From an uncultured delta proteobacterium (GTDB lineage: Bacteria; Desulfobacterota; Binatia; UTPRO1): a DNA stretch of 64,000 nucleotides. Position 1 is the first letter of the stretch. Every line of letters starts with the position of its first letter. Below the pieces are notes generated by a model. The model had not been told where the DNA came from. It saw only the letters and a program-made list of their open reading frames with translations, and made no database searches. Location: assembly GCA_963761995.1 (NCBI GenBank), contig CAVXIU010000006.1:4697633-4761632 (forward strand), written 5' to 3'. The translations under genes were made by a program, and so were the position numbers. Positions 9,452 through 19,844 of the stretch are shown here, piece after piece.

Positions 9452-12400
9452 CTAGCTCTTCACCTCGAAGCGGCGGACCGACGACCAGTTGCCCGGGTTG
9501 CCCGCCGCATCGTTGGCGCGGACACGGAACCACATCCTCCGGGTCGGGAGGGTGCTCGTCGCGTATTGCGAGGCGGCGAGCGTCTGGTTCACGATCTGCG
9601 GTGACGGGAAGTTGTCGGCGTCGTCGATCTGGATGGTGTAGGACGCCGCACCGGCGACGTCGCCCCAATTGAAGGTGATCGACTGGCCCGGCGCGAAACG
9701 CGCGTCGCTGCCCGGGCTCTGCAGGCTCGGTGCCGGGAGCGGCCCGGATGGCGGCGCCGGCGTCGGCGTCGCGGTCGGCGGCGTGACCGGCGTAGGCGTC
9801 ACACCCTGCGGCGTGGACGTCGGCGGCGGCGGCGTGGCCGGCGGCGGCGTCGACGAGGGCGCCGAGGTTCCGACGCGCACGCTGCGCGTGGCCGAGAACG
9901 CGCCGCCCACGCCGTCGGAGTTGAAAGCTCGGACGCGCCAGAAGAGCGAGCCGTTCGGCAGCGAGTTGATCGCGAGCTGGGAAGGCGTGGTAGTGGCGGC
10001 GAACACCCAGGGTTGCGCGAACGACGACTCGTCGTCGACGTAGATCGTGTACCACGCCGCCCCCGAGGCATTGCTCCAGTCGAACGTGAACGGTTGCGCG
10101 ATCTGCGCGTTGTTGGCCGGGCTCAGCAGCGTCGGGGTCCCCGGCGCGGGCGGAGGAGTCGGCGGCGGAGTCGACTGCACCGTGATGGTGCGCACGCTCG
10201 ACCACGCTCCCGGCGTCCCCGCCGAGTTGGTGCCGCGGACACGCCAGAACCAATGGCCGTCGGGGAGCGCGGTGGCGGGCAGCTGCGATGCGGTGGTGGT
10301 GGCGCTGAAGATCAGCGGCGCGCCGAACTCGGAGATCTCGTCGACCTGAATCGTGTAGGAGACGGCGTTCGCGACGTCGCTCCAGTCGAACGCGACCGGC
10401 GATGGGACGATCGCGCCTTCGGCCGGACTGACCAGGGCGGGCGCGGCCGGAACAGGGGGCGGAGGCGGGGGCGGCGCGGCCGTGAGCGAGAGCTTGGTGA
10501 CGAATGCATCGCCCCAGAAGATCAACGTATCGCCGGACCAGACACGGTCGAACGCTCCGGGAGTGGTCGGAAAGTCCGCGGCGAAGGTGTGGCCCGTGAC
10601 GTAGGCGTTGCCGGCCGAGTCCACGGCCACGTCGTTGCCGATGTCGGCCTGGTCGTTGCCGCCGATGCGGGTCGAGTAGAGCAGCGCCGATCCCGCGGCG
10701 TTCACCCGCGTGAGAAAGACGTCGGACGGGCCGCGCAGGAGCCGGTCGAAGGCGTCGGCCGTCGTCGGGAAGTCCGCCGAGCTGCTGGTGCCGACGACCC
10801 AGGCATTGGCCGAGGCATCGAGGGCGATACCCGAAGCGCCCTCGCCGCCTGTTCCGCCGAGCGCGGTCGAGTACACCAGTGCGGAGCCGGTCGGGTTCAG
10901 CTTGGTGACGAACGCGTCGCTGCCGTCGAAGGTCGGGTCGAAGGCGCCCGGCGTCGCCGGGAAGTCGACCGAGCCGGTGCCGCCGGCCACGTAGGTGTTG
11001 CTTCCGGCGTCGATCGCCAGGCCCTCCGCGGCCTCGAAGCCGGAGCCGCCGAGGAAGGTCGAGAACGTGAGAGCCGAGCCGTTGGCGTTGAGCTTGGTGA
11101 CGAAGGCGTCGAACTCGCCGTTCTGGGTCCGATCGAAGGCGCCGGCGGTGGTCGGAAAGTTCGGCGAACGCGTGGTGCCCGTCACGTACGTGTTGCCCGA
11201 GGCGTCGGCCGCGACGCGCGTGCCGAACTCGACCTCGCTGCCGCCGAGCAGGGTCGAGAAGACCAGCGCCGAGCCCGCCGGGTTGAGCTTGGTCACGAAG
11301 GCGTCGAGCACCCCGTTAGGGGTGCGGTCGAAGGCCGCGGTGCTGAGCGGGAAGTTCGTCGAGCCGGTCTCACCCGTCACGTAGACGTTGCGTGCCCCGT
11401 CGATGGCGATGCCGATGCCGTCGTCGAAGTTGGTGCCGCCGAGGAAGGTCGAGAACACCAGACCCGAGCCCGAGGGATTCAGCTTGGTGACGAAGGCATC
11501 GGTCCCCTCGGCCGTTCCGATGTTGAGGCTGCGGTCGAAGGCGCCCTGGGTCGTCGGGAAGTTGCCGGAGGTGGTCTGTCCGGTGATGTACGCGTTCCCG
11601 GAGGAGTCCACCGCGATCCCGCGCCCGAACTCGGTCGGCTCGGATCCACAATCGCGCGCGCCGCACGGCACCGGCGACGGCGTGCCGCCGAGGAAGGTCG
11701 AGTAGACCAGGGCCGAGCCGGTCGCGTTCAGCTTGGTGACGAACACGTCCGGCGCGGACGTCAGCGTGCGATCGAAGGAGCCGGCCCGGGTGGGGAAATC
11801 CGTCGAGTAGGTCGTGCCGACGATGTAGGCGTTGCCGGAGGCATCCACCGCGATGCCGGCGCCGGTGTCGTGGTTGCTGCCACCGAGAAAAGTCGAGTAC
11901 TCGACGCCCGGATCGATGACGAGCTCGCGCGTGGGATCGTAGCCGGCACCGACGGCGAAGCCGTAGCCGTGCTCGCCGTCGTCCAGCGCGTAGCGGCTCG
12001 CGACCGCGACCCGCTTGCCGCCGATCTCCTGATACGACGTCGGCGCCGCGTCCTTCAGGACTCCCAGCTCGGTGGCGATCAGCAACGCACCGGCGTCGTT
12101 CAGTGTCACACCGTCGGCACCGTCATAGGCGAGCCGGATGTCGGCCACGCGCGCCCCCGGATGCACGTGGAACTCGTACTTCAAGGTACCGGCGCCGTCG
12201 CGGAGTGCCAGGTCCACTCCCGGCCAGAGCTCGCGATAGACGACGCCGCCGTAGCGCGGGAGATGCGTCTGCCACCGCGACGGGTCGTTGCCGCGGAGAT
12301 AGTTGACCTCCCCCGCCGCGCGCTCGCCGGCGGTCAGCACGACGTCGGGATTGCTGCCGAGGAAGCGCAGCGACAGCGCGATGCCTCGGCTCGCCGCTTC

Positions 12401-12745
12401 GGTCTGCGCCGCGATGGGCACGGTCGCGGTCTTCCGACGGTCTTCCGACTCGCCACTGGCCTTCACGAACGAGAGCACGATCTGGTCGCGCGTCAGGTAG
12501 AACGCCGCGTGCGCCGCCTGGGCGTAGAATTTCACGCGCGCGTCGGTCTGACCGCGGTTCTCCACGAAGGCGAGCGGCAGCTTCGCGTAGGCGCGCAGCG
12601 CTTCCGTCTGGCTGCGCTCCATCGTGGCGGCGCGAGTCGCGGGCTCGGGGACACTCCCCGACCGTTCCGCGGCCCACGCGAGTACCGTGGTCGCGACCAT
12701 GCCAAGGCCGATGGCCGATACCGTCAGACGCTTCGAGGTCGACAT
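9452..12745 (-). CDS. 1,098-aa secreted SBBP (beta-propeller) repeat protein with three C-terminal ~95-aa tandem domains
   Basis: Signal peptide MSTSKRLTVSAIGLGMVATTVLAWAA. At least 9 repeats of SGNAYVTG.T.S.DFPTT.GAFD......DAFVTKLN (SBBP / PF06739-like). C-terminal third has three copies of ...FDWSDVA.A.SYTIQVD...WFWRVRA.N..G..G.WSS.R... separated by Pro-rich linkers. Confidence 0.8.
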   Translation of the reverse strand: MSTSKRLTVSAIGLGMVATTVLAWAAERSGSVPEPATRAATMERSQTEALRAYAKLPLAFVENRGQTDARVKFYAQAAHAAFYLTRDQIVLSFVKASGESEDRRKTATVPIAAQTEAASRGIALSLRFLGSNPDVVLTAGERAAGEVNYLRGNDPSRWQTHLPRYGGVVYRELWPGVDLALRDGAGTLKYEFHVHPGARVADIRLAYDGADGVTLNDAGALLIATELGVLKDAAPTSYQEIGGKRVAVASRYALDDGEHGYGFAVGAGYDPTRELVIDPGVEYSTFLGGSNHDTGAGIAVDASGNAYIVGTTYSTDFPTRAGSFDRTLTSAPDVFVTKLNATGSALVYSTFLGGTPSPVPCGARDCGSEPTEFGRGIAVDSSGNAYITGQTTSGNFPTTQGAFDRSLNIGTAEGTDAFVTKLNPSGSGLVFSTFLGGTNFDDGIGIAIDGARNVYVTGETGSTNFPLSTAAFDRTPNGVLDAFVTKLNPAGSALVFSTLLGGSEVEFGTRVAADASGNTYVTGTTRSPNFPTTAGAFDRTQNGEFDAFVTKLNANGSALTFSTFLGGSGFEAAEGLAIDAGSNTYVAGGTGSVDFPATPGAFDPTFDGSDAFVTKLNPTGSALVYSTALGGTGGEGASGIALDASANAWVVGTSSSADFPTTADAFDRLLRGPSDVFLTRVNAAGSALLYSTRIGGNDQADIGNDVAVDSAGNAYVTGHTFAADFPTTPGAFDRVWSGDTLIFWGDAFVTKLSLTAAPPPPPPPVPAAPALVSPAEGAIVPSPVAFDWSDVANAVSYTIQVDEISEFGAPLIFSATTTASQLPATALPDGHWFWRVRGTNSAGTPGAWSSVRTITVQSTPPPTPPPAPGTPTLLSPANNAQIAQPFTFDWSNASGAAWYTIYVDDESSFAQPWVFAATTTPSQLAINSLPNGSLFWRVRAFNSDGVGGAFSATRSVRVGTSAPSSTPPPATPPPPTSTPQGVTPTPVTPPTATPTPAPPSGPLPAPSLQSPGSDARFAPGQSITFNWGDVAGAASYTIQIDDADNFPSPQIVNQTLAASQYATSTLPTRRMWFRVRANDAAGNPGNWSSVRRFEVKS

Positions 12746-12991
12746 GGCGGCACCATAATCTCGGGCCACGTGCTAGGCGAGAGCAAGCGCCGCCGCGATG
12801 GGCTCGCGCCGCCGGGGGGCGAAACTCAGTCGTCGCCCGCGCAGACGTCCCAATCGGCGCCCGGGATGCCCGAGTCGTTGACGTAGCTCGTGTCGCAGCT
12901 CGAGCCGACGATCAGAGGGGCCGTGCAGGTCGCGAGGTCGGCGCACGCGATCGTCGTGCCGCAATCGCCGTCGGTCCCGTTCGGTCCCGAG

Positions 12992-15053
12992 TCACCCGTC
13001 GTTCCCGCCACCCGCCCGCGAGGCCGCGAGCACGCGCATACGGTCCAGGAGGTCGTTCGGCTCCACGGGCTTCGCCAGGTGCTCATCGAAACCAGCGCGG
13101 AGAGCCGTCTCGTGATCCTCGCGGCCGGCGAATCCGGTCATCGCGATGGCGAGCGTTCTATGGTCTCGGCCCTCTTCACGATCGCGGATCGCACGAATCA
13201 GGACGTAGCCATTCTCGCCAGGCATCCCCACGTCGCTGATGACCACATCCGGTGGCTGAGTGTCGTAGGCTTCCAGCGCTTCACGTACCGAAGCGACGGC
13301 GCGCACGCGCGAGCCATGCCTCTGAAGCATGATCTCGAGCGCCTCTCTGGAGTCCGCATCGTCTTCCACCAATAGGACGTCGAGTGCACTGAGCGCGCCA
13401 TCGGCAACGGCCGGCTTGGAAGAAGACCTCCGGAACGCCGCGCGTTGCGGCACGTCTGCAAGCGGAAGCACGACCGAAAAGCGCGCTCCTCTTCCGAGAC
13501 CGGCGCTCTCCGCCTCGATTCGACCACCGTGGAGGGCGACGATGTTCTTGACGATCGACAGTCCGAGGCCGAGTCCGCCGTGTGTACGAGTGGAGCCGGT
13601 ATCGGCCTGGCTGAAGCGCTCAAAGAGGTGAGGCAGAAAGTCCGGGGCGATGCCCTGGCCAGTGTCCTCGATGAGCAGTGACGCGGATGCGTCCTTCCGT
13701 TCCACGGTGACCGTGACGCAGCCGCCGGCAGTCGGTGAACTTGATCGCATTCCCGAGAAGATTCGCGACGACTTGTTGAAGGCGAGCCTCGTCGCCGAGC
13801 ACGCCCAGGTCTTCGTCCTTCACCAGGAGCCGGAGCACGATCTGCTTGCCCTCGGCAGATGGCTTGAGCGACTGGACGCAGCCTGTGACGACGGCCCCCA
13901 ACTCCACCGGTTCCTTCTCGAGTTGGAGCTTTCCCGACAAGATGCGCGACACGTCGAGGAGGTCGTTGACGGTTTGTGCCTGAACCCCGATGTTTCGCTC
14001 GAGCGTTTCGACCGCCCGACGGACCAGGTCGGGGTCTTCCGCGCCGGCGGTCTTCAGAATCCGAATCCACCCGAGCATGGCGTTCATGGGAGAACGCAGC
14101 TCGTGGGAGAGCATCGCCAAGAACTCGTCCTTGATCCGATTCGCCTTCTCGGCCTCCGCACGCGCGTGCTCGGCGATCGCCAGAAGCTCCCGCAGTTGCG
14201 TATCGGTCTCGCGTTGCAGCACCCGCATCTTGAGGTCCGAGTCGACCCGCTGTTCCACCAGCTGCCGCTCCATCTCTTCCCGTCGCCCGCGCTCCCTTCG
14301 GAGCGAGCGCAACTCATCCAGGATCACCTCCGTCATTTCGCAGGCGGAGGCCTCCGGGTCGTTGAGCACGCACTCGGCCAGCGCCTCGTGCGTGGCGAAC
14401 AACTGCTTGACGTCGTCCTCCAACCCGAGCTCGGGATGCACCTTCGTCCAGTAGTGAGCGGTACGAACGAAGGTGAGGAAGACCATGAGGTATTGAAACA
14501 GCACCCCCGTGAAGGGTTTCCGGAGCGCCTCGAGACAACGCGCCGCTTGCGGTGTCTGCAAGAAGACGTGCGTGGCGCAGGCGAAGACGGCTTCCTCGAC
14601 CGCCGAGCCCGACTCCGGCGGACAAGGAAGGGGCGCGGCGCCGGTCTCCAGAAGCGTGAGGTGAGCCTCCAGCGCGTCGCCCCGCGGCAGCGGGCGCCGG
14701 ATCAGCCGAACCACCTGCTCGACGGTCTCCGGAAGAGACGACCGATCGCCGGCCGGCCGCCCGAGTCCGACCAGAAAGCCGACGTGGCGGGCAATGCAGT
14801 AGCGGACGTTGCAAAACCGGGACAGGTAAACGAAGAGTCGTTCCTTGAACAGTGACGGTAACGGGTTGTCGAGATAACCGAACTGCGCGAACCCCCAGAG
14901 ATTCACCGTGATCTCGGACGCGTCGCCGCCCAGGCAGAAGAAGTTCGGCAATACACCGAAGCGACCCTCGACCTCGATTTGCAGCGGGCTGGTCGTGGGG
15001 GAATGGCGTTCGGGTTCAGTCATGGATGGCCTCGCTCGCGGCGAACCACCCAC
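12992..15053 (-). CDS. hybrid sensor histidine kinase (N-terminal CMD/AhpD-like domain, HisKA, HATPase_c, receiver), interrupted by a frameshift near 13735
   Basis: ORF 13620..15053 carries the sensor region, the H-box (AMLSHELRSPMNAMLGW) and the N-box (VVANLLGNAIKFTD). ORF 12992..13750, in another frame, continues with PTAGGCVTVTV, the G1 box (DTGQGI), the G2 box (GGLGLGL) and a receiver (LLVEDDADSREALE...ISDVGMPGENG). The two frames meet at ttcaccgactgcc, where the expected sequence is ttcACCCCGact. Confidence 0.7.
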
Positions 15054-15367
15054 GTCCCCCTCGCCGCCGTGGGAATATCGTCATACCCGGAACCATGGTC
15101 GACGTCACCACGGCAGCCGCGTCGTTGCCTACGCGCGTAGTCCTACGTGCATTGATGTCCGACGCGTTCCACCGCGGCGTTCCCATCGCCATCGAGTGGG
15201 AGACATGAAAACACGAGATGATTCTCATGCGGCACCTAGAAGCTGCTGCGCGCCGTCTCACGATTGCTCCTGTATTGACTGAGCGTTCAGAATTTTCTAA
15301 ACATCCGCAACATATGGATCAACCGGCCGCCCCCGCTGGAGACCCTCGAGGGACGCAGCGCGCTCCC

Positions 15368-16144
15368 ATGGACACGCCGCTGCTGTGGCACATCCCGCTT
15401 TCGCATTTCAACGAGAAGGTCCGCTGGACGCTCGACTACAAGCGCATCCCGCATCGCCGGCGGGTGCTCGGCGCCGACTACCTGATCCGAGCCTGGCGCG
15501 CGACGGGGCGCGGCACGCTGCCGATCCTGTTCCTGGACGGCCGAGCGATCGGCGATTCGACGCACATCATCGCCGCGCTCGAAGAGCGCCATCCCGAGCC
15601 GCCGCTGTATCCCGCTGACGCCGCCGCGCGGCAGCGCGCGCTCACGTTGGAAGACCATTTCGACGAGGGACTCGGCCCGGCGCTGCGCGCGGCCATCGTC
15701 ACGCCGCTCTTCCGGAACGATCCGGACGTCGCGCTCCGCGTGCTGACGACGGGCATGCCCGCCAAGGCCTACCAGAATCTGCGACCGCTGATGCGAATCT
15801 TCCCGGCGTTCTATCGCTTCCGCCACAAGATCAACGACGCGCAGCTCGAGGCCGATCGCGCCACCGTGAATGCCGCGCTCGACCGAATCGAGGAGGAGCG
15901 GCAGGGCCGTGCGTATCTCGTCGGCGATGCGTTCACGGTCGCCGACCTCACGGCAGCGGCGATGCTGGGAGCGCTGCTGCAGCCACCCGAGATCCAGTAC
16001 CCGCTGTCCGTCGAGTTGCCGCCGTATCTTCAGAGTTACCGCGCCACGCTGCTACGGCATCCGGCCATGCAGTGGGCGGCCGACATATACCGACTGCATC
16101 GCGGCCGCTCCGCGGAAGTCTCGCGACGGTCGGCCGCCGCGTAG
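15368..16144 (+). CDS. glutathione S-transferase family protein
   Basis: MDTPLLWHIPLSHFNEKVRWTL... N-terminal thioredoxin-like GST fold, C-terminal helical domain. Internal ATG chosen over the listed upstream start. Confidence 0.7.
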   Translation: MDTPLLWHIPLSHFNEKVRWTLDYKRIPHRRRVLGADYLIRAWRATGRGTLPILFLDGRAIGDSTHIIAALEERHPEPPLYPADAAARQRALTLEDHFDEGLGPALRAAIVTPLFRNDPDVALRVLTTGMPAKAYQNLRPLMRIFPAFYRFRHKINDAQLEADRATVNAALDRIEEERQGRAYLVGDAFTVADLTAAAMLGALLQPPEIQYPLSVELPPYLQSYRATLLRHPAMQWAADIYRLHRGRSAEVSRRSAAA

Positions 16145-16479
16145 ATCGAGTCGCATCCGCAATTGGATCACGCAGTCCATTGAGTCACGCGCAACACCGT
16201 GCGTCGATATGCATACCCTTATTGAAGCTCACTCACCCACCCTACGACGCACGTAGTTCTACGTGTATGAGCAGCTCGGCAGAGTTGCGGCGATGCATGT
16301 GAGGCGACGTGCAATTGTTTGCGCAACCGCACGGTGAATGCTCCCTTCGCGTCGCGATCCAACGAATGATGATATTTCATGCGCCGTTTCGGCGCAGGTA
16401 GGCGACTCTGCGCATTTCGCGCTCGACAGATTGATTGGAAAGGAGGACTGCTACCGACACCAAAGGAGGTCATCCCCCT

Positions 16480-17259
16480 ATGACCCATATGGTCGTCTGG
16501 AAGCACCCGACTACCGTCGGGCGTTTGTTCACCCGTCTCACCCTGGCCGCGCTCGCGACTGGCGCGCTGCTCCTGCATGTGAGCGGCGTGCAGGCCGCCG
16601 ACGCGGAGAGCACATGCCAGAAAGGCCGCTACACGGCAGCGGCGAAGTATGCCGGATGTCACCAGAAGGCCCTGGGGAGGCACTTCGCGGGATTCAAATG
16701 TTTTCGCTTCGTGGGGCTCCAGGGGCAGCTCTCGAGGTGCCGCGTCGACTACACGAACACGTGGGTAAAGTTGCAGTCCAGGGCGAACGGCACGGGGGCG
16801 ACCTGCGACAACCCCCGATTCCAGGACAACAGTGACGGGACGCTGACGGACCGGTTGACCGGTCTTCAGTGGGAGCAGAAGACGGACGACGACAGTGTCC
16901 ACGACATGGACAATGTCTACACCTGGACCGAGGGGCTCACGGTCGCCGATGGCACCGCGTATGCGAGCTTTCTCGCGACGCTCAATGGCGCGGGCTGCTT
17001 CGCCGGCCATTGCGACTGGCGGCTACCGACGATTTCCGAGCTGCAGACGATCCTGCCGGAGCCGTATCCGTGTACGACCAGCCCGTGCATCGATCAAATA
17101 TTGTTCGGTCCGACGGCAGCCGTCGGTAGTTGGTCGTCTACGACATACCTAAACAACCCGTCGGAAGCGTGGGGCGTAACCTTCCAGACGGGGAACGCAT
17201 TGAACACATCCAAGGACGCACTCTTCTATTTCGTGCGGGCAGTGCGTGGCGGCCTGTGA
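16480..17259 (+). CDS. secreted DUF1566 (Lcl C-terminal domain) protein, paralog 1
   Basis: Signal peptide MTHMVVWKHPTTVGRLFTRLTLAALATGALLLHVSGVQA. C-terminal GHCDWRLPTISELQTILPEPYPCTTSPCID...WSSTTY...AWGVTFQTG...FVRAVRGGL is characteristic of DUF1566. Confidence 0.7.
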   Translation: MTHMVVWKHPTTVGRLFTRLTLAALATGALLLHVSGVQAADAESTCQKGRYTAAAKYAGCHQKALGRHFAGFKCFRFVGLQGQLSRCRVDYTNTWVKLQSRANGTGATCDNPRFQDNSDGTLTDRLTGLQWEQKTDDDSVHDMDNVYTWTEGLTVADGTAYASFLATLNGAGCFAGHCDWRLPTISELQTILPEPYPCTTSPCIDQILFGPTAAVGSWSSTTYLNNPSEAWGVTFQTGNALNTSKDALFYFVRAVRGGL

Positions 17260-17293
17260 TCGATCAGTCGCCCAAGCGCCACAGGAGAATTCC

Positions 17294-18061
17294 ATGAAGC
17301 TCGCGATGCAACGGACACGCATGAGCCTCCTCGCCGCACGTCGTCTTCCACCCGTCGCCATCACCACGCTCGTTGCCGCCGCCATGCTGATCGGCACGAG
17401 CACCGCGGAAGCCTCCACCCCGGACGAGCGGTGCCAGCATTCCCGTTACAAGGCGGCGGCGAGGTACATCGTCTGCCACCAGAAGGGAATGGCAGAGTTC
17501 TTCACGGCGCCCACGCCGCCCGGGACCAACGTCGAGGCGGTCTCGGACTGTCGGGTCAAGTACGCGACAGCTTGGGCAGGGCTTCGGGCCTGCGACAACA
17601 CCGACAACGCCCGCTTCAAGGACAACGGTGACGGGACGGTCGCGGACCGATTGACCATGCTGCAGTGGGAGAAGAAAACCGACGACGCGACCGTCCACGA
17701 CGTCGACAATGTGTACAGCTGGAGCGCCGGGGGCGGGGACCCTGCGGCGGCGGACGGCACCGCCTTCACGAGCTTCCTGGCGACGCTGAACATCGGCGGC
17801 TGCTTTGCCGGCCATTGCGACTGGCGGCTCCCGACGATTGCCGAGCTACAGACGATCCTGCCGGAACCCTATCCGTGCACGACGAGCCCGTGCATCGATC
17901 AGGCCATGTTCGGCCCGACGGTGGCCGACTACTATTGGTCGGACACTCCCCTCGCTACGGATCCGACCGACGGGTGGTCCGTGTTCTTCGGCCCTGGGTC
18001 CGTGGACTGCAGCGACAAGGGCTCCAACTACCACGTTCGTGCCGTGCGTGGCGGTCTGTGA
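17294..18061 (+). CDS. secreted DUF1566 protein, paralog 2
   Basis: AGGAGA RBS 5 nt before ATG 17294. MKLAMQRTRMSLLAARRLPPVAITTLVAAAMLIGTSTAEA signal. GHCDWRLPTIAELQTILPEPYPCTTSPCID...HVRAVRGGL. About 55% identical to paralog 1. Confidence 0.75.
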   Translation: MKLAMQRTRMSLLAARRLPPVAITTLVAAAMLIGTSTAEASTPDERCQHSRYKAAARYIVCHQKGMAEFFTAPTPPGTNVEAVSDCRVKYATAWAGLRACDNTDNARFKDNGDGTVADRLTMLQWEKKTDDATVHDVDNVYSWSAGGGDPAAADGTAFTSFLATLNIGGCFAGHCDWRLPTIAELQTILPEPYPCTTSPCIDQAMFGPTVADYYWSDTPLATDPTDGWSVFFGPGSVDCSDKGSNYHVRAVRGGL

Positions 18062-18155
18062 TCGCCTAGCCGACTCTCGCGAGCTCTCGTAGTCTCGGCG
18101 CTTGCGGCGCCGGTCCGTCGTTGCAATCACCGTCGAAGAAATAGCAGATGGGGCC

Positions 18156-19817
18156 ATGACGTCGCCGGATTCGCCGCGCGTGATCGTGGTCGGCGCTGGG
18201 CCCGTTGGTCTCGCCGCGGCACTGGAGCTCGCGAGGTTCGGCGTCCGCACCGTCGTGATCGAGAAGCACGAGGGAATCTCGTGGCACCCGAAGACGCGGA
18301 ACTTCAACACGCGGACGATGGAGATCGCCAAGGGGTGGGGACCCGCGGTGTACAAGCGTCTCCGCAGCATCGACACGCCTGACGGCTGGAAGAGCCCGAT
18401 CCGTTTTCTCAGCACCGCCACCGGCAAGCAGTTCGGCGTGATCGAGTCGAAGGGATTCGAAGGTCCGGGGCCCGACGTCAGCCCGGCGGAACCCGTCATG
18501 TCGTCGCAGGAGCTGATCGAAGAGATTCTCCTCGACGCCATCCGCGCCTCGGGCTTGGTCGACGTCCGCTTCCGGACCGAGGCAACGAAGCTCGTGAAGG
18601 GCGGCAGCCGCGGCGACGACGGCGTCGAGCTCGACGTGAAGCACCGCACCACCGGTGCGGTGGAAACGCTCACGGGCAGCGCGCTGGTCGCAGCCGACGG
18701 TGCGGCCAGCTTCATCCGCGGCGAGCTCGGCCTCCGGCTGGAGGGATCGCAGAACCTCTCTCACATCGTCAATTGCTACTTCCGGGCGGACATCGAGCGC
18801 CACATCGGCGACCGGAAGGGCGTGCTGTTCTTCGTATCGAACGAGGCCGCACGAGGCGTGCTGCAGCCGCTCGACGGTGCCGGCCGCTGGTTGTGTCAGA
18901 TCACCGTCGACCCCGACCAGTGGTCGCTCGAGGCCTTCACCCACGAACGGGCACGGGAGTGGATACGAGCCGCCGCCGGCGTCGAGGACCTCGAAACCGA
19001 AATCCTCTCGCTCGGTCTCTGGAAGCTCAACTCGACGGTGGTGGAACGGCTCGTCCAGGGTCGAGTGCTCATGTGCGGCGACGCCGCCCACCAATTCCCA
19101 CCGACGGGCGGACTCGGGGTCAACACGGGACTGCAGGGCATGCACAACGCGATGTGGAAACTGGCCTACTACGTCGGGGGACGAGCGGGATGGTCCCTGG
19201 TCGAGACCTACGACGGCGAGCGACGCGAGGTCGCCGAACGCATCACGAGCCAATCGCTCCAGAACTCCATGAACGTGCTCGGCATCTTCGCCGCCGCGGT
19301 CGCCGGCGGCGAGAGCGGCCTCGACACCGAGCAGTTGCTGGCCTCCTCGCGCCGGTACGGCAACCACCTCGGCGTCGAGTTCGGCGCCGCCTACCGCTCC
19401 TCGGCGGTGGTCGCCGACGGCACGCGGCCGCCGGCCGTCGCGGACGACTATTCCGACTACGTGCAGACCGCGACTCCCGGCTGTCGAGCGCCGCACGTCT
19501 GGCTCGGCCGGCCCGATGCGCAGCTCTCGACCCTCGACCTCTTCGGACCCGCGTTCACGCTCCTCGTCGCCTCCGCGGGGACGGCATGGCGGGCGGTCGC
19601 GGCTCGCGTGTCCGAGGAGCTCGGGATCGCCATCGACAGCTACGTCATCGGAGGAACCGGCCTGCAGGACCGCGGCGGCTTCGCTCGTTCCTACGGGCTC
19701 GAGAGCGACGGCGCCGTGCTCGTCCGACCCGACGGACACGTGGCGTGGCGGAGCGCGCACGGCCCGGCCTCGAGCGCCGTCCTCGGCGCCGCCCTCACAC
19801 AGATTCTCGGGCGATGA
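18156..19817 (+). CDS. FAD-dependent aromatic-ring monooxygenase (PheA/TfdB-like)
   Basis: RVIVVGAGPVGLAAALELARFGVRTVVIEK (GxGxxG FAD motif). GDAAHQFPPTGGLGVNTGLQGMHNAMWKLA (the conserved D-x-x-H/GD FAD site). C-terminal thioredoxin-like dimerisation region. Confidence 0.8.
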   Translation: MTSPDSPRVIVVGAGPVGLAAALELARFGVRTVVIEKHEGISWHPKTRNFNTRTMEIAKGWGPAVYKRLRSIDTPDGWKSPIRFLSTATGKQFGVIESKGFEGPGPDVSPAEPVMSSQELIEEILLDAIRASGLVDVRFRTEATKLVKGGSRGDDGVELDVKHRTTGAVETLTGSALVAADGAASFIRGELGLRLEGSQNLSHIVNCYFRADIERHIGDRKGVLFFVSNEAARGVLQPLDGAGRWLCQITVDPDQWSLEAFTHERAREWIRAAAGVEDLETEILSLGLWKLNSTVVERLVQGRVLMCGDAAHQFPPTGGLGVNTGLQGMHNAMWKLAYYVGGRAGWSLVETYDGERREVAERITSQSLQNSMNVLGIFAAAVAGGESGLDTEQLLASSRRYGNHLGVEFGAAYRSSAVVADGTRPPAVADDYSDYVQTATPGCRAPHVWLGRPDAQLSTLDLFGPAFTLLVASAGTAWRAVAARVSEELGIAIDSYVIGGTGLQDRGGFARSYGLESDGAVLVRPDGHVAWRSAHGPASSAVLGAALTQILGR

Positions 19818-19844
19818 CGATCCTCGTGAGCGGGCGCGCCCGTC

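Noticed and set aside
10013-12886. 957-aa plus-strand ORF
   Set aside because: Antisense shadow of the SBBP-repeat gene. Arg/Gly-rich, no domain signal.
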